From Candidatus Krumholzibacteriia bacterium (GTDB lineage Bacteria > Krumholzibacteriota > Krumholzibacteriia > LZORAL124-64-63), in NCBI GenBank assembly GCA_024762975.1, contig JANTGJ010000001.1, positions 2,084-66,083 of the forward strand: a stretch of DNA of 64,000 nucleotides. The letters run 5' to 3'. Below the pieces are notes generated by a model that saw nothing but the letters and a program-made list of their open reading frames with translations, was not told the DNA's origin and made no database searches. The position numbers and the translations under genes are program-made. This document shows, one piece after another, positions 18,940-27,515 of this stretch (positions are counted from its first letter, which is position 1; the number at the start of each line of letters is the position of its first letter).

Positions 18940-20319
18940 TTACACCGTTTTGCTGAAGATGGGCTTGTCCGTGGGGTCGCCCAGGTAGGCGTCCAGGATC
19001 ATCGCCACGTTGCGTACGAAGTACCGGCCCTTGTCGGTAATGCGCAGACCGAAGTCGTCGCGCGTGACCAGGCCGTCCTGGATCAACGGTGGCAGGGCTT
19101 TCAGGCTGTCGGCGAAGAGTTCGTCCGCCGGCTTGCCGTAGGCCGCCCGCGTCAGTTCCCAGGGAAGCTCCAGATTGCACATGATGTTCAGGATGGCCCG
19201 TCGTCGCAGCTTGTCATCGGAGCTCAACCGGTGACCCTTGACGATGGGCAGGTCACCCGCGTCCACTTTCTGCGACCAGCCGTCGTAGGTCGCGTCGTTC
19301 TGGACGAAGCGATCGCAGACATCACCGATGCCACTCATGCCGAAGGCCAGCATGTGAGGCGCCGGCCGGGTCGCGTACCCCATGAAGTTCCGGTGCAGGG
19401 CACGTTTCTCGAGCGCGACGGAAAGTTCGTCGTCCTTGCGGGCAAAGTGGTCGATGCCGATCCAGGTGTAGTCGCGCTCCTGGAAACTGTCCACCGTCAG
19501 GCGGAAGAGCTGGAACTTGTCGTAGCCCTTGGCCATGATCGTCGTGTCGATCACTTCCTGATTCGGTCGTACCCAGGGAACGTGCGCGTACGAGAAGCAG
19601 GCCACACGGTCGGGGGCCAGGTCGATCACGCCATGGAGCGTCTCGCGAAAGCTTTCGGCCGTCTGGCCCGGCAGGCCATAGACCAGATCGAGGTTCACAC
19701 CCGGGAAACCGGCGTCGCGGCAGGCCTGGTAGATGGCCAGCGTCTTTTCACGCGACTGCATGCGCCCAATGTTCTCCTGTACGCTCTTCTCGAAGTCCTG
19801 CACGCCCAGGCTGATGCGATTGAAGCCCGACTCGCGCAGGAAGCCGACCTGGTCGGCGCTCGCGATGCGCGGGTCGACCTCGAGCGAGACTTCGGCATCG
19901 GGTGCGATGTCGAATGCGTTGCCGAACATGTTCAGGACACGTTCGATTTCGTCGTTCTTCAGGTAGTTTGGCGTGCCGCCGCCCCAGTGCAACTGCACGA
20001 CGCGGCGGCCGGTGCCGATCAGCCCGGTGACCCGCTCCACCTCCTGCTCGAGGCGGTCGAGGTAGCGCCCCACCTCTCCCTGTTCGCGTGTGACCAGCAT
20101 ATTGCAACCGCAGTAGTGGCAGGCCTTGGCGCAGAAGGGCACGTGCAGGTAGATGGCCAGTTCATCGTCTGGGCGGCCGGACAGCTCAGTCAGGGCCTCG
20201 CGGTACTCGGTCTCGCCGAATTTCTGCTTCCAGGCCGGCACCGTCGGGTAGCTCGTGTAACGAGGCCCGGCCGTGTTGTATTTCTCGACAAACTCGGCGC
20301 TGATCTCAGGGCGGGTCAT
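18940..20319 (-). CDS. hemN: oxygen-independent coproporphyrinogen III oxidase (radical SAM, bona fide HemN length)
   Basis: 'YNTAGPRYTSYPT' N-terminal motif and radical-SAM 'CAKACHYCGC'. The roughly 459-aa length includes the HemN C-terminal domain. The start is ATG 20319, in an ATGA overlap with hemE. Confidence 0.85.
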   Translation of the reverse strand: MTRPEISAEFVEKYNTAGPRYTSYPTVPAWKQKFGETEYREALTELSGRPDDELAIYLHVPFCAKACHYCGCNMLVTREQGEVGRYLDRLEQEVERVTGLIGTGRRVVQLHWGGGTPNYLKNDEIERVLNMFGNAFDIAPDAEVSLEVDPRIASADQVGFLRESGFNRISLGVQDFEKSVQENIGRMQSREKTLAIYQACRDAGFPGVNLDLVYGLPGQTAESFRETLHGVIDLAPDRVACFSYAHVPWVRPNQEVIDTTIMAKGYDKFQLFRLTVDSFQERDYTWIGIDHFARKDDELSVALEKRALHRNFMGYATRPAPHMLAFGMSGIGDVCDRFVQNDATYDGWSQKVDAGDLPIVKGHRLSSDDKLRRRAILNIMCNLELPWELTRAAYGKPADELFADSLKALPPLIQDGLVTRDDFGLRITDKGRYFVRNVAMILDAYLGDPTDKPIFSKTV

Positions 20320-21356
20320 GGGGTCTCCCTGCGATATCCCTGAACGGTCTCGACCAGCGCCTCGACGTTCGGAATCGGGGTCTGCGGCGTGATGCCGTGC
20401 CCCAGGTTGAAAACGTGTCCCCGGGCCTTGCTGCCGGTCTCGCAGATTTCCAGGGCCCGGCGCCGGATTTGATCCTGCGAACCGTACAGGGCCATCGGGT
20501 CCAGGTTGCCCTGCACGGCGTAGCCCTTCATCTGCGGCAGGAACTGCGCCATGTCCATCGTCCAGTCCATGCCCAGGCATTCGACGTCCAGGGTCGTGAC
20601 GAGATCCAGGTACGGCGCGCTCCCCTTCAGGAAGTAGATCCGCGGCACGCCCAGATCCCTCAGTCCGTCCATGATGCGCTTTACGCAGGGCAGGACGACC
20701 TTCGCGTAGTCGGCCGGATGCAGGATGCCGCCCCAGGTATCGAAGAGTTGCACCGCGTCGACGCCCGCCTCGACCTGCATGCGCAGGTAGGCCAGCGTCT
20801 GGTCCGTCAGCTTGTTCATCAGGCGGTCCAGCAACTCGGGCCGGCTGTAGAGCAGGGTCTTCAGGAAACGGTAGTCCTTCGAACCGCCGCCCTCGATGAG
20901 GTAGGTGGCCAGGGTGAAGGGCGAACCGGCGAAGCCGATCAGGGGTGTCTTGTCGCCCAGGCCTACCTTCATCAGCCGGATCGCTTCGGCAACGAAATGG
21001 GTACCGTCGGCCGCCTCGTAGGTACTGAGCGCGTCGATGTCGCTTTCGCTGCGGATCGGGCTTTCGAGCTTGGGGCCGCCCTGGGCGAAGCTGAAGCGCG
21101 CTCCCATCGGGGCCAGCGGCGTCAGAATGTCGCTGAACATGATCGCCGCGTCGAAACCAAAGCGGCGGATCGGCTGCAGCGTCACTTCACAGGCGGCCTG
21201 GGGCGTGCGGCACAACTCGTTGAACGTGTATTCCTCGCGCACCTTCATGTATTCGGGCAGGTAGCGTCCCGCCTGGCGCATGATCCAGATCGGGGTGCGG
21301 TCGCACGGCTCGCCACGGAGGTTCTTCAGAAAAATGCTTTCCTTGATATCAGCCAT
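20316..21356 (-). CDS. hemE: uroporphyrinogen decarboxylase
   Basis: 'PIWIMRQAGRYLPEY' and 'FDAAIMFSDIL' are canonical UroD motifs. Confidence 0.9.
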   Translation of the reverse strand: MADIKESIFLKNLRGEPCDRTPIWIMRQAGRYLPEYMKVREEYTFNELCRTPQAACEVTLQPIRRFGFDAAIMFSDILTPLAPMGARFSFAQGGPKLESPIRSESDIDALSTYEAADGTHFVAEAIRLMKVGLGDKTPLIGFAGSPFTLATYLIEGGGSKDYRFLKTLLYSRPELLDRLMNKLTDQTLAYLRMQVEAGVDAVQLFDTWGGILHPADYAKVVLPCVKRIMDGLRDLGVPRIYFLKGSAPYLDLVTTLDVECLGMDWTMDMAQFLPQMKGYAVQGNLDPMALYGSQDQIRRRALEICETGSKARGHVFNLGHGITPQTPIPNVEALVETVQGYRRETP

Positions 21357-21358
21357 AC

Positions 21359-22636
21359 TCAGCTCCAGCTCTTCCAGGTTGTGGCCACCGCTTCGATGGT
21401 CGTTTCGATGTCCCGGTCGGTGTGTGCAGCGCTGATGAAGCCGACTTCCCAGCCCGAGGGGGCGAGGTAGACGCCGCGCTCGATCAGGTCGCGGTGCAGG
21501 CGGCCATAGATCTCCATTTTCGAGCCGTCGACGGCCTCGACGGCGCGCGGGGCTTCGTCCTGGAACACGGTCCAGAAGAGTGACCCCTGGCGAACGACCG
21601 AAGCTGCGATGCCCTGATCGGCCGCGGCCTTCATCAGGCCCGCTTCCAGCTTTGCGCCCTTGCGCTCGAGCTCCTCGTAAAAACCGGGCTGTCCCGTCTT
21701 TTCCAGCGTGGCCAGACCCGCGGCCATGGCCACCGGGTTGCCGCTCAGCGTGCCGGCCTGGTAGACCGGGCCCAACGGCGAGATGTTGGCCATGATCCTG
21801 TTCGAAGCGGCGTAGGCGCCGACGGGAAATCCACCGCCGATGATCTTGCCGTAGGTGCCCATATCCGGCGTGATCCCCAGCACGGGGGCGGCGCCGCCTG
21901 CGCCGACACGAAAGCCGGTGATGACCTCGTCGAAAATCAGCAGGGCACCGTGCTTGGCCGTAAGATCGCGGCAGGCGCGCAGGAATTCCTCGCGCTGGAT
22001 CAGCAGTCCGGCGTTGGCCGGGAAGGGCTCGATGATCAGGGCGGCCAGTTGGTCGCCATGTTCGGCGAAGAAGGCCTCCAGCTTTTCCACGTCGTCCAGC
22101 GGCAGCACGGCCGTGCTCTCGGTGAAACCGGCCGGCACGCCGGCCGAGTCGGGTGTCGAGAAGGTGGCCAGACCACTGCCTGCGGCGACGAGCAGGTGAT
22201 CGGCGTGGCCGTGGTAGCAGCCGGTGAATTTCAGGATCAGGTCGCGGCCGGTGGCGCCTCGTGCCAGACGGATCGCACTCATCACGGCCTCGGTGCCGCT
22301 GCTGACGAAACGTACCTGTTCGAAGTGCGGCATGCGGGCCAGGAAGGCCTCGGCCAGTAGCACCTCACGGCGGCTGGGAGCACCGAAGCTGGCGCCCTCG
22401 TTCATCGCCTCGAGCGCGGCCGCGAGCACGTCCGGATCGGCGTGCCCGAGGATCAACGGGCCCCAGCTGAGGCACCAATCGATGTAGTTCTTGCCGTCTT
22501 CGTCGGTGAAGTGGCTGCCGGCCGCCTTCCGGAAGAACAGCGGATCACCAGGTACGGACTTGAACGAACGGACCGGGGAGTTCACTCCTCCCGGAAGGAC
22601 CTTCTGGGCGCGTTCCCACCACTGACGGTTACTCAT
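21359..22636 (-). CDS. hemL: glutamate-1-semialdehyde 2,1-aminomutase
   Basis: 'VLPGGVNSPVRSF', 'DWCLSWGPLILGH', 'LIFDEVITGFRV' and the PLP-lysine region 'TYGKIIGGGFPVGAY'. The start was chosen at the internal ATG (MSNRQWW), in an ATGA overlap with hemB. The upstream extension was rejected as low-complexity and Arg/Gly-rich. Confidence 0.9.
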   Translation of the reverse strand: MSNRQWWERAQKVLPGGVNSPVRSFKSVPGDPLFFRKAAGSHFTDEDGKNYIDWCLSWGPLILGHADPDVLAAALEAMNEGASFGAPSRREVLLAEAFLARMPHFEQVRFVSSGTEAVMSAIRLARGATGRDLILKFTGCYHGHADHLLVAAGSGLATFSTPDSAGVPAGFTESTAVLPLDDVEKLEAFFAEHGDQLAALIIEPFPANAGLLIQREEFLRACRDLTAKHGALLIFDEVITGFRVGAGGAAPVLGITPDMGTYGKIIGGGFPVGAYAASNRIMANISPLGPVYQAGTLSGNPVAMAAGLATLEKTGQPGFYEELERKGAKLEAGLMKAAADQGIAASVVRQGSLFWTVFQDEAPRAVEAVDGSKMEIYGRLHRDLIERGVYLAPSGWEVGFISAAHTDRDIETTIEAVATTWKSWS

Positions 22637-23610
22637 CGCTGGATCCACCCTTCCTTCAGGGCGTCCCGGCCGTGGTAGGTGATGATCTGGTCGCAGCCGG
22701 CGCGGCGGAAAGCCATCAGGTTCTCCCGGACAATCGCGCCCTCGTCGACCAGGCCGGCCTTCGCCGCGGCCTTCACCAGCGAGTACTCGCCCGAGACGTT
22801 GTAGCAGACGACCGGCGTGAGCACTTCTTCGCGCACGCGGCGGATGATGTCCAGGTAGGCCAACGCCGGCTTGACCATGACCATGTCCGCGCCCTCCTGC
22901 AGGTCCAACAGGGTTTCCAGCACAGCCTCGCGCCCGTTGCGCGGATCCATCTGATACGTCTTGCGGTCGCCCTGGGGCGCCGAATCGCAGGCGTCGCGGA
23001 AGGGGCCGTAATAGGCACTGGCGTACTTGGCGCTGTAGGCCAGGATCGCCGTGTTCACGAAGCCGTTCGAATCCAGCAATTCCCGGATCGCGCCGACGCG
23101 GCCATCCATCATGTCGCTGGGGCTGACGATATCGACGCCGGCCTCGGCGTGCGAAAGGGCCATCTTTGCCAGCTGCTCGACGCTGGGATCGTTGACCACG
23201 GTGCCGTCCTCGAGGAAACCGCAGTGGCCATGCGAAGTGTAGGCGCACAGGCAGACATCGGTGATCGAGATGATATCCGAGCCGAAGGCCTTCTTCATCG
23301 CGCGCAGCGACTGCTGTACGACGCCGTTGTCGTCCAGCGCCGCATCCCCGTGCTCGCTCTTGTCGTGAGGGATGCCGAACAGCAGATGCGACTTCAAGCC
23401 CAGCTCCAGATCGCCCTCGATCTCCTGGACCAGTTCGTCGGGCGAGACATGGAAGACGCCCGGCATCGAACCGATTTCCTCCTTGATGCCCTTGCCCTCG
23501 ACGACGAAGTGGGGCGTGATCAGGTGGCGGGCCGACACGTCGGTCTCGGCCATCATTTCGCGCAATACCGGGGTGGCGCGCAGGCGGCGCGGGCGATCCA
23601 ACAGGTTCAT
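22633..23610 (-). CDS. hemB: porphobilinogen synthase (delta-aminolevulinate dehydratase)
   Basis: 'RPRRLR', active-site lysine region 'VMVKPALAYLDI', and 'CLCAYTSHGHCG'. Confidence 0.9.
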   Translation of the reverse strand: MNLLDRPRRLRATPVLREMMAETDVSARHLITPHFVVEGKGIKEEIGSMPGVFHVSPDELVQEIEGDLELGLKSHLLFGIPHDKSEHGDAALDDNGVVQQSLRAMKKAFGSDIISITDVCLCAYTSHGHCGFLEDGTVVNDPSVEQLAKMALSHAEAGVDIVSPSDMMDGRVGAIRELLDSNGFVNTAILAYSAKYASAYYGPFRDACDSAPQGDRKTYQMDPRNGREAVLETLLDLQEGADMVMVKPALAYLDIIRRVREEVLTPVVCYNVSGEYSLVKAAAKAGLVDEGAIVRENLMAFRRAGCDQIITYHGRDALKEGWIQR

Positions 23611-24341
23611 GATTCCATCTCCGTGGGTTCCGAAGTTTCAGGTTCCGGAAGGGGGTCCAGGCCGGCGGCCCGGACCATCGCGTTCAGATCAGGGGTGACG
23701 GCGGTCCGGGTCTCGAATCCGGCCTCGCGTGCGACAATGGCCGTCGTTTCGCCGATGGCGACACAGGTGGGCCGGTCCGGCCATGCGGCGCAGAAAGCGC
23801 GCACGGTCGATGGGCTGCAAAAGAAGGGCAGGTCGCCCTCCCGCAACCGTTGCGTGGGGAGTTCGTCGGCTGGAATGGGCAACGTGCGGTAGAGCGGCAG
23901 TTCGGTCACCTCGAAGCCCTTGTCTTCAAGACTTTTGCGCGGATCAGCCATGCGCCGCTCGGGACCGGGCAACAGGACCCTTGCCGGGGAGGCAACCTGA
24001 GTTGCGAAACGCTCGGCCAGCTCGCTGCCGTCCCGGCACTCGACGTCCAGGAGATCCTTCCATCCGAATTCGGCCAGGGCGGCGCGGGTCCCGCGGCCGA
24101 GGGTGCCGATCAACACCTCCCCGGGCTCGAGTCCGGCGACCGCAAAGGCGCGAACACCCTGCGGAGAGGTGAACAGCATCCAGTCGAAATCCTCGGGATT
24201 CGGCAGCGCGTCGTGCGCGATCGCTTCGAAACGCAGCAGCGGCAGCTCCAGGACGGAGCGGCCCGCAGCGGTGAGCTGTTCAGCCCATGCCCGATTGCTC
24301 TCCTGCTGACGTGTCAGGACGATGCGCGGAGCTGGGGTCAT
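23607..24341 (-). CDS. hemD: uroporphyrinogen-III synthase
   Basis: HEM4-family size and composition ('RIVLTRQQESN', 'MLFTSPQGVRAF'). It lies between hemC and hemB with ATGA overlaps on both sides. Confidence 0.65.
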   Translation of the reverse strand: MTPAPRIVLTRQQESNRAWAEQLTAAGRSVLELPLLRFEAIAHDALPNPEDFDWMLFTSPQGVRAFAVAGLEPGEVLIGTLGRGTRAALAEFGWKDLLDVECRDGSELAERFATQVASPARVLLPGPERRMADPRKSLEDKGFEVTELPLYRTLPIPADELPTQRLREGDLPFFCSPSTVRAFCAAWPDRPTCVAIGETTAIVAREAGFETRTAVTPDLNAMVRAAGLDPLPEPETSEPTEMES

Positions 24342-25291
24342 CCCGCCTCGCTCCGGTGTTCCTGGATCCGGGTCCAGGCCGATTCGGCCACGGCTTCGGG
24401 CGAGTCGCCGTTCAGGCTCAGACGTAGGGCGTTGCTGCCCTCGGCATCGTCGGCCAGCAGCAGCTCCAGCCGGAAAATCTCGTCCGCGGCGCAAACGTTC
24501 ACACCGAAGGGCAGCTGACAGCCGCCGTCCAAACGATTCAGCAACATGCGTTCGGCGGCGACGCAGGCACCATCATCCGGGCAGTGCAACGACTGCAGCG
24601 CCTGCACCAGCTCGGTTTCCTCGCGACATTGGATCCCCAGCATTCCCTGCGCGGGGGCGGGCACGAAGGCCTCCACAGCCAGCGGCAGTACGACCAGATC
24701 GCTCAGGTCCAGTTCCAGCCGTACGACGCCGGCGCGAGCCAGCAGGATCGCATCGTAGCGGCCTTCGCGCAGCTTGCTGACGCGGGTCGGCACGTTGCCG
24801 CGCAGGTCGAGGATCTCGATGTCGGGTCGGATCAGTTTGACCTGCGCCTGACGGCGCGCTGCGCTGGTGCCCAGCTTCGCGCCCTGCTTCACCGGCAGGA
24901 CCTCTCCCCGTTCACGAGCGGCCTCGTCTACACACCCGGGTCGGATCAGCAGCGCTTCGCGCGGATCCTCGCGGCCGATCATCGCCGTGAGCGTCAGTCC
25001 TGCGGGTTGGTCGGTGGTCAAGTCCTTCAGCGAGTGTACCGCGAAGTCCACGCGGCCTTCGAGTTGTGCGTCTTCGAGTTCCTTGGTGAAGAACCCCTTG
25101 CCCTCGAGCTTGGAGAACGGGACATCGTCGATCCGGTCACCGCGGGTCTTGATGATCGTGATTTCCGTGGAAATGCCCTGCTGCTGGAGCAGGCTCTGCA
25201 CAGTATGAGCCTGCCACAGCGCAAGATCGCTGCCGCGGGTGCCGATACGCAGGATCCGGGGCTCGGATCCGGTCGAGGAAGGGTGGTTCAA
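24338..25291 (-). CDS. hemC: hydroxymethylbilane synthase (porphobilinogen deaminase)
   Basis: 'LRIGTRGSDLALWQA', 'VHSLKDL' and the cofactor-binding Cys region. TTG start at 25291 with AGGAGG 6-7 nt upstream. There is no in-frame ATG before the conserved RIGTRGS. Confidence 0.85.
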   Translation of the reverse strand: MNHPSSTGSEPRILRIGTRGSDLALWQAHTVQSLLQQQGISTEITIIKTRGDRIDDVPFSKLEGKGFFTKELEDAQLEGRVDFAVHSLKDLTTDQPAGLTLTAMIGREDPREALLIRPGCVDEAARERGEVLPVKQGAKLGTSAARRQAQVKLIRPDIEILDLRGNVPTRVSKLREGRYDAILLARAGVVRLELDLSDLVVLPLAVEAFVPAPAQGMLGIQCREETELVQALQSLHCPDDGACVAAERMLLNRLDGGCQLPFGVNVCAADEIFRLELLLADDAEGSNALRLSLNGDSPEAVAESAWTRIQEHRSEAG

Positions 25292-25440
25292 ATCGGACCT
25301 CCTGATTATCCAAGAAAGTTAGACGGTAGACTACTTTTCCACAAAGTGATTGTTGTCACGGGGTTGTCACCATTTGTGATCAAATATTTACGTGATTCGG
25401 AGGTAACTAACTATTTCACATATGAATAATGGGACAAGGA
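25292..25440. promoter_or_regulatory. AT-rich divergent control region between the hem operon and the DUF4097 gene, containing operator-like repeats
   Basis: Local GC drops sharply. 'GTGAT-TGTTGTCAC-GGGGTTGTCAC-CATTTGTGATCAAATA-TTTACGTGATTCGG' carries two direct TTGTCAC repeats, three GTGAT copies and a TGATCA palindrome. Confidence 0.35.
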
Positions 25441-25602
25441 CTGGTGATCGTTGAATATCAATATCCTGAGACGAAGTCACAGGAACGGTAAATGTGCTCT
25501 TCCGGTTGCCAATGGGGTGCCACGAAACCTTTCAGGCCGCCGGTGCGTCTACCCTCCACAACTTCTGTCGCCCCATTCATTCGTTCTTCCGGGAGGGTAT
25601 CC

Positions 25603-26670
25603 ATGTTCAGAGGCAATCGAATTGATCCCGTGTCCTTGAGACGGGTCCTGGTGCTGCTCACTCTGGCGCTGTCCTTGCTGACCGTCGCCGCCGCAACCGC
25701 TGGTGACCTGGATCCCACATTCCATATTGATGCGAAGAATCTGGCCATCAACAACCTGGTCGGGGAAGTCACCGTCACCGGTACTGCCGGTGACGAGTTT
25801 GTTGTCCAGGCCCGCGTGCGCGGCGATGACGCCGAGCCGGGTTTGATCGACTTTGTGTTGGACGAGGGTCGCAAGAGCTCGTTGAACGTGGTCTTTCCCG
25901 TCGACCAGACCCACAAGTTCGTCTATCCGGAACTGGGCAGGGGCTCGTCGACGACTTTCTCCTACCGCACGGACGAGAACGGTGACCACGATCGTTCGTG
26001 GTTGAAGAAGATCTTCTCGGGCATGAGCGGCGATCGCATCAAGGTCAGCGGCCGCGGCAGCGGCCTGGAGGTTTGGGTCGATCTGCACATCGAAGTACCG
26101 GCCGGCGCGGCGCTGACGGTCAAGAACGGCGTAGGCCGGGCATCGGCCGCGAACGTCGAGGGCGATCTTGTACTCGATACCAGCAGTGGGAGTGTGGAGG
26201 TCGAATCGATTCGCGGCAGTCTGCTGGTCGATACCGGCAGCGGTTCGGTCCAGGTGTCGGATGTGCGCGGCGATGTGCTGGTCGATACGGGCAGCGGCTC
26301 GGTGACGATCAACAGCGTGCGAGGCGAACTGAATATCGATACCGGCAGCGGTCGCGTGCAGGCCCGGCGCATCGAATCGGACTCGGCGAAGATCGATACG
26401 GGCAGCGGTTCCGTGGTGCTGGAGCTGGATCGTATCGGCAGCGGTGAGTTTGTCATCGATACGGGCAGCGGAAGTGTCCAACTGGTGCTGCCCAACGACG
26501 CTTCGGCACGCATCCAGGCCGATACCGGCAGCGGTGGTGTGAAGAACAAGGTCACCGACGCCCAGATCCGCCATCAGGAGCGCGACGAACTGGACATGAT
26601 CATTGGCAACGGCGATGCGCGTGTCATGATCGACACCGGCAGTGGTTCGGTGACGATTACCCGGCAATAA
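25603..26670 (+). CDS. secreted DUF4097-type (putative adhesin / beta-strand repeat) protein
   Basis: GGGAGGG RBS and signal peptide 'LVLLTLALSLLTVAAATA'. The C-terminal half is about 8 tandem copies of an approximately 20-aa unit, '(L/I)DTGSGSV-x-(V/L)-x-x-(V/I)RG'. Confidence 0.6.
   Translation: MFRGNRIDPVSLRRVLVLLTLALSLLTVAAATAGDLDPTFHIDAKNLAINNLVGEVTVTGTAGDEFVVQARVRGDDAEPGLIDFVLDEGRKSSLNVVFPVDQTHKFVYPELGRGSSTTFSYRTDENGDHDRSWLKKIFSGMSGDRIKVSGRGSGLEVWVDLHIEVPAGAALTVKNGVGRASAANVEGDLVLDTSSGSVEVESIRGSLLVDTGSGSVQVSDVRGDVLVDTGSGSVTINSVRGELNIDTGSGRVQARRIESDSAKIDTGSGSVVLELDRIGSGEFVIDTGSGSVQLVLPNDASARIQADTGSGGVKNKVTDAQIRHQERDELDMIIGNGDARVMIDTGSGSVTITRQ
26164..26664 (+). repeat. in-frame tandem repeats of roughly 57-63 bp encoding DTGSGSV units
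   Basis: 'GATAC(C/G)GGCAGCGG' recurs at approximately 26231, 26284, 26337, 26394, 26456, 26521 and 26629. Confidence 0.7.
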
Positions 26671-26680
26671 TGGAACGAGG

Positions 26681-27094
26681 TCAGCCTTCGGCGCCTGCGG
26701 CGCGCTTGCGATCGAGCAGGTCGCGCAGGTGCCGGAGCAGGGCCTCGGGCCCGTAGGGCTTGGCCAGAAATGCGGTCCACGGATCTTCAGCCTGGTCGCG
26801 AGGGAGTCCGTTCGGGGCGAAACCTGATGTGTAGAGGATGGGCATACCCGGGCGCAGCATCCGCACGCGCCGACCGAAACGAAGCCCGCTCAATCGGGGC
26901 AACATCACATCGACGAACGCAAGATCGAAGGCATCGGGGGATCGGTGGAAGGTGTGCCAGGCATCCATGCCGTCGCGGACCGCAGTGACCCGATAGCCGG
27001 AACGGGTCAGGATCCGAACCGTGAGTTCGAGGATCGATTCTTCGTCTTCGACGACAAGGATCCGCTCGGTACCGGTCAATGTGCTCACGTGCAC
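26681..27094 (-). CDS. stand-alone response-regulator receiver domain (CheY-like)
   Basis: 'ILVVEDEESILEL', the phospho-acceptor 'FDLAFVDVMLP', and 'LYTSGF...AFLAKPY'. GTG start. No output domain. Confidence 0.7.
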   Translation of the reverse strand: MHVSTLTGTERILVVEDEESILELTVRILTRSGYRVTAVRDGMDAWHTFHRSPDAFDLAFVDVMLPRLSGLRFGRRVRMLRPGMPILYTSGFAPNGLPRDQAEDPWTAFLAKPYGPEALLRHLRDLLDRKRAAGAEG

Positions 27095-27515
27095 ACAGGC
27101 CCGGTCAGAGCGAGAAACCCGAAATTCGATGGTCTGTGCATGCTGCAGTTTCCCAACCGGCGATCACTGGCTCGAAACGGCGCCCGCCCGGATATTCAGG
27201 GTCCCCCGGGAGCCGATTCTGCGACAGCGCGCCTTGCTGTGGCCATCTGGACGAGATTTCAATCGAGCTAACAAATCAACGTAACAACAGCTTACGGAGA
27301 TTGAGTCATGGAATCAACACAATTCTAGAGAAAAAACCAGTCCCGCGAAAAACCGCCGCGATTGCACCAATTCAGAAGGAGTCTCGATCGACTTGCCGGC
27401 GGCTGTCCGGGCCTGAACCGGTACGAGGATGATACGGACACGAATGAAAACATCTGCTACGATTCGACCGAAACGCCTCGTTCAGTTTTCATTCTGCAAT
27501 GAACAAGGAGTCGCC

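Noticed and set aside
21359-23248. 629-aa version of hemL (and similar long versions of hemA, hemN, hemD, OPT, HAD)
   Set aside because: The upstream parts are low-complexity and overlap the preceding gene. Conserved N-termini and ATGA coupling define the internal ATG starts.
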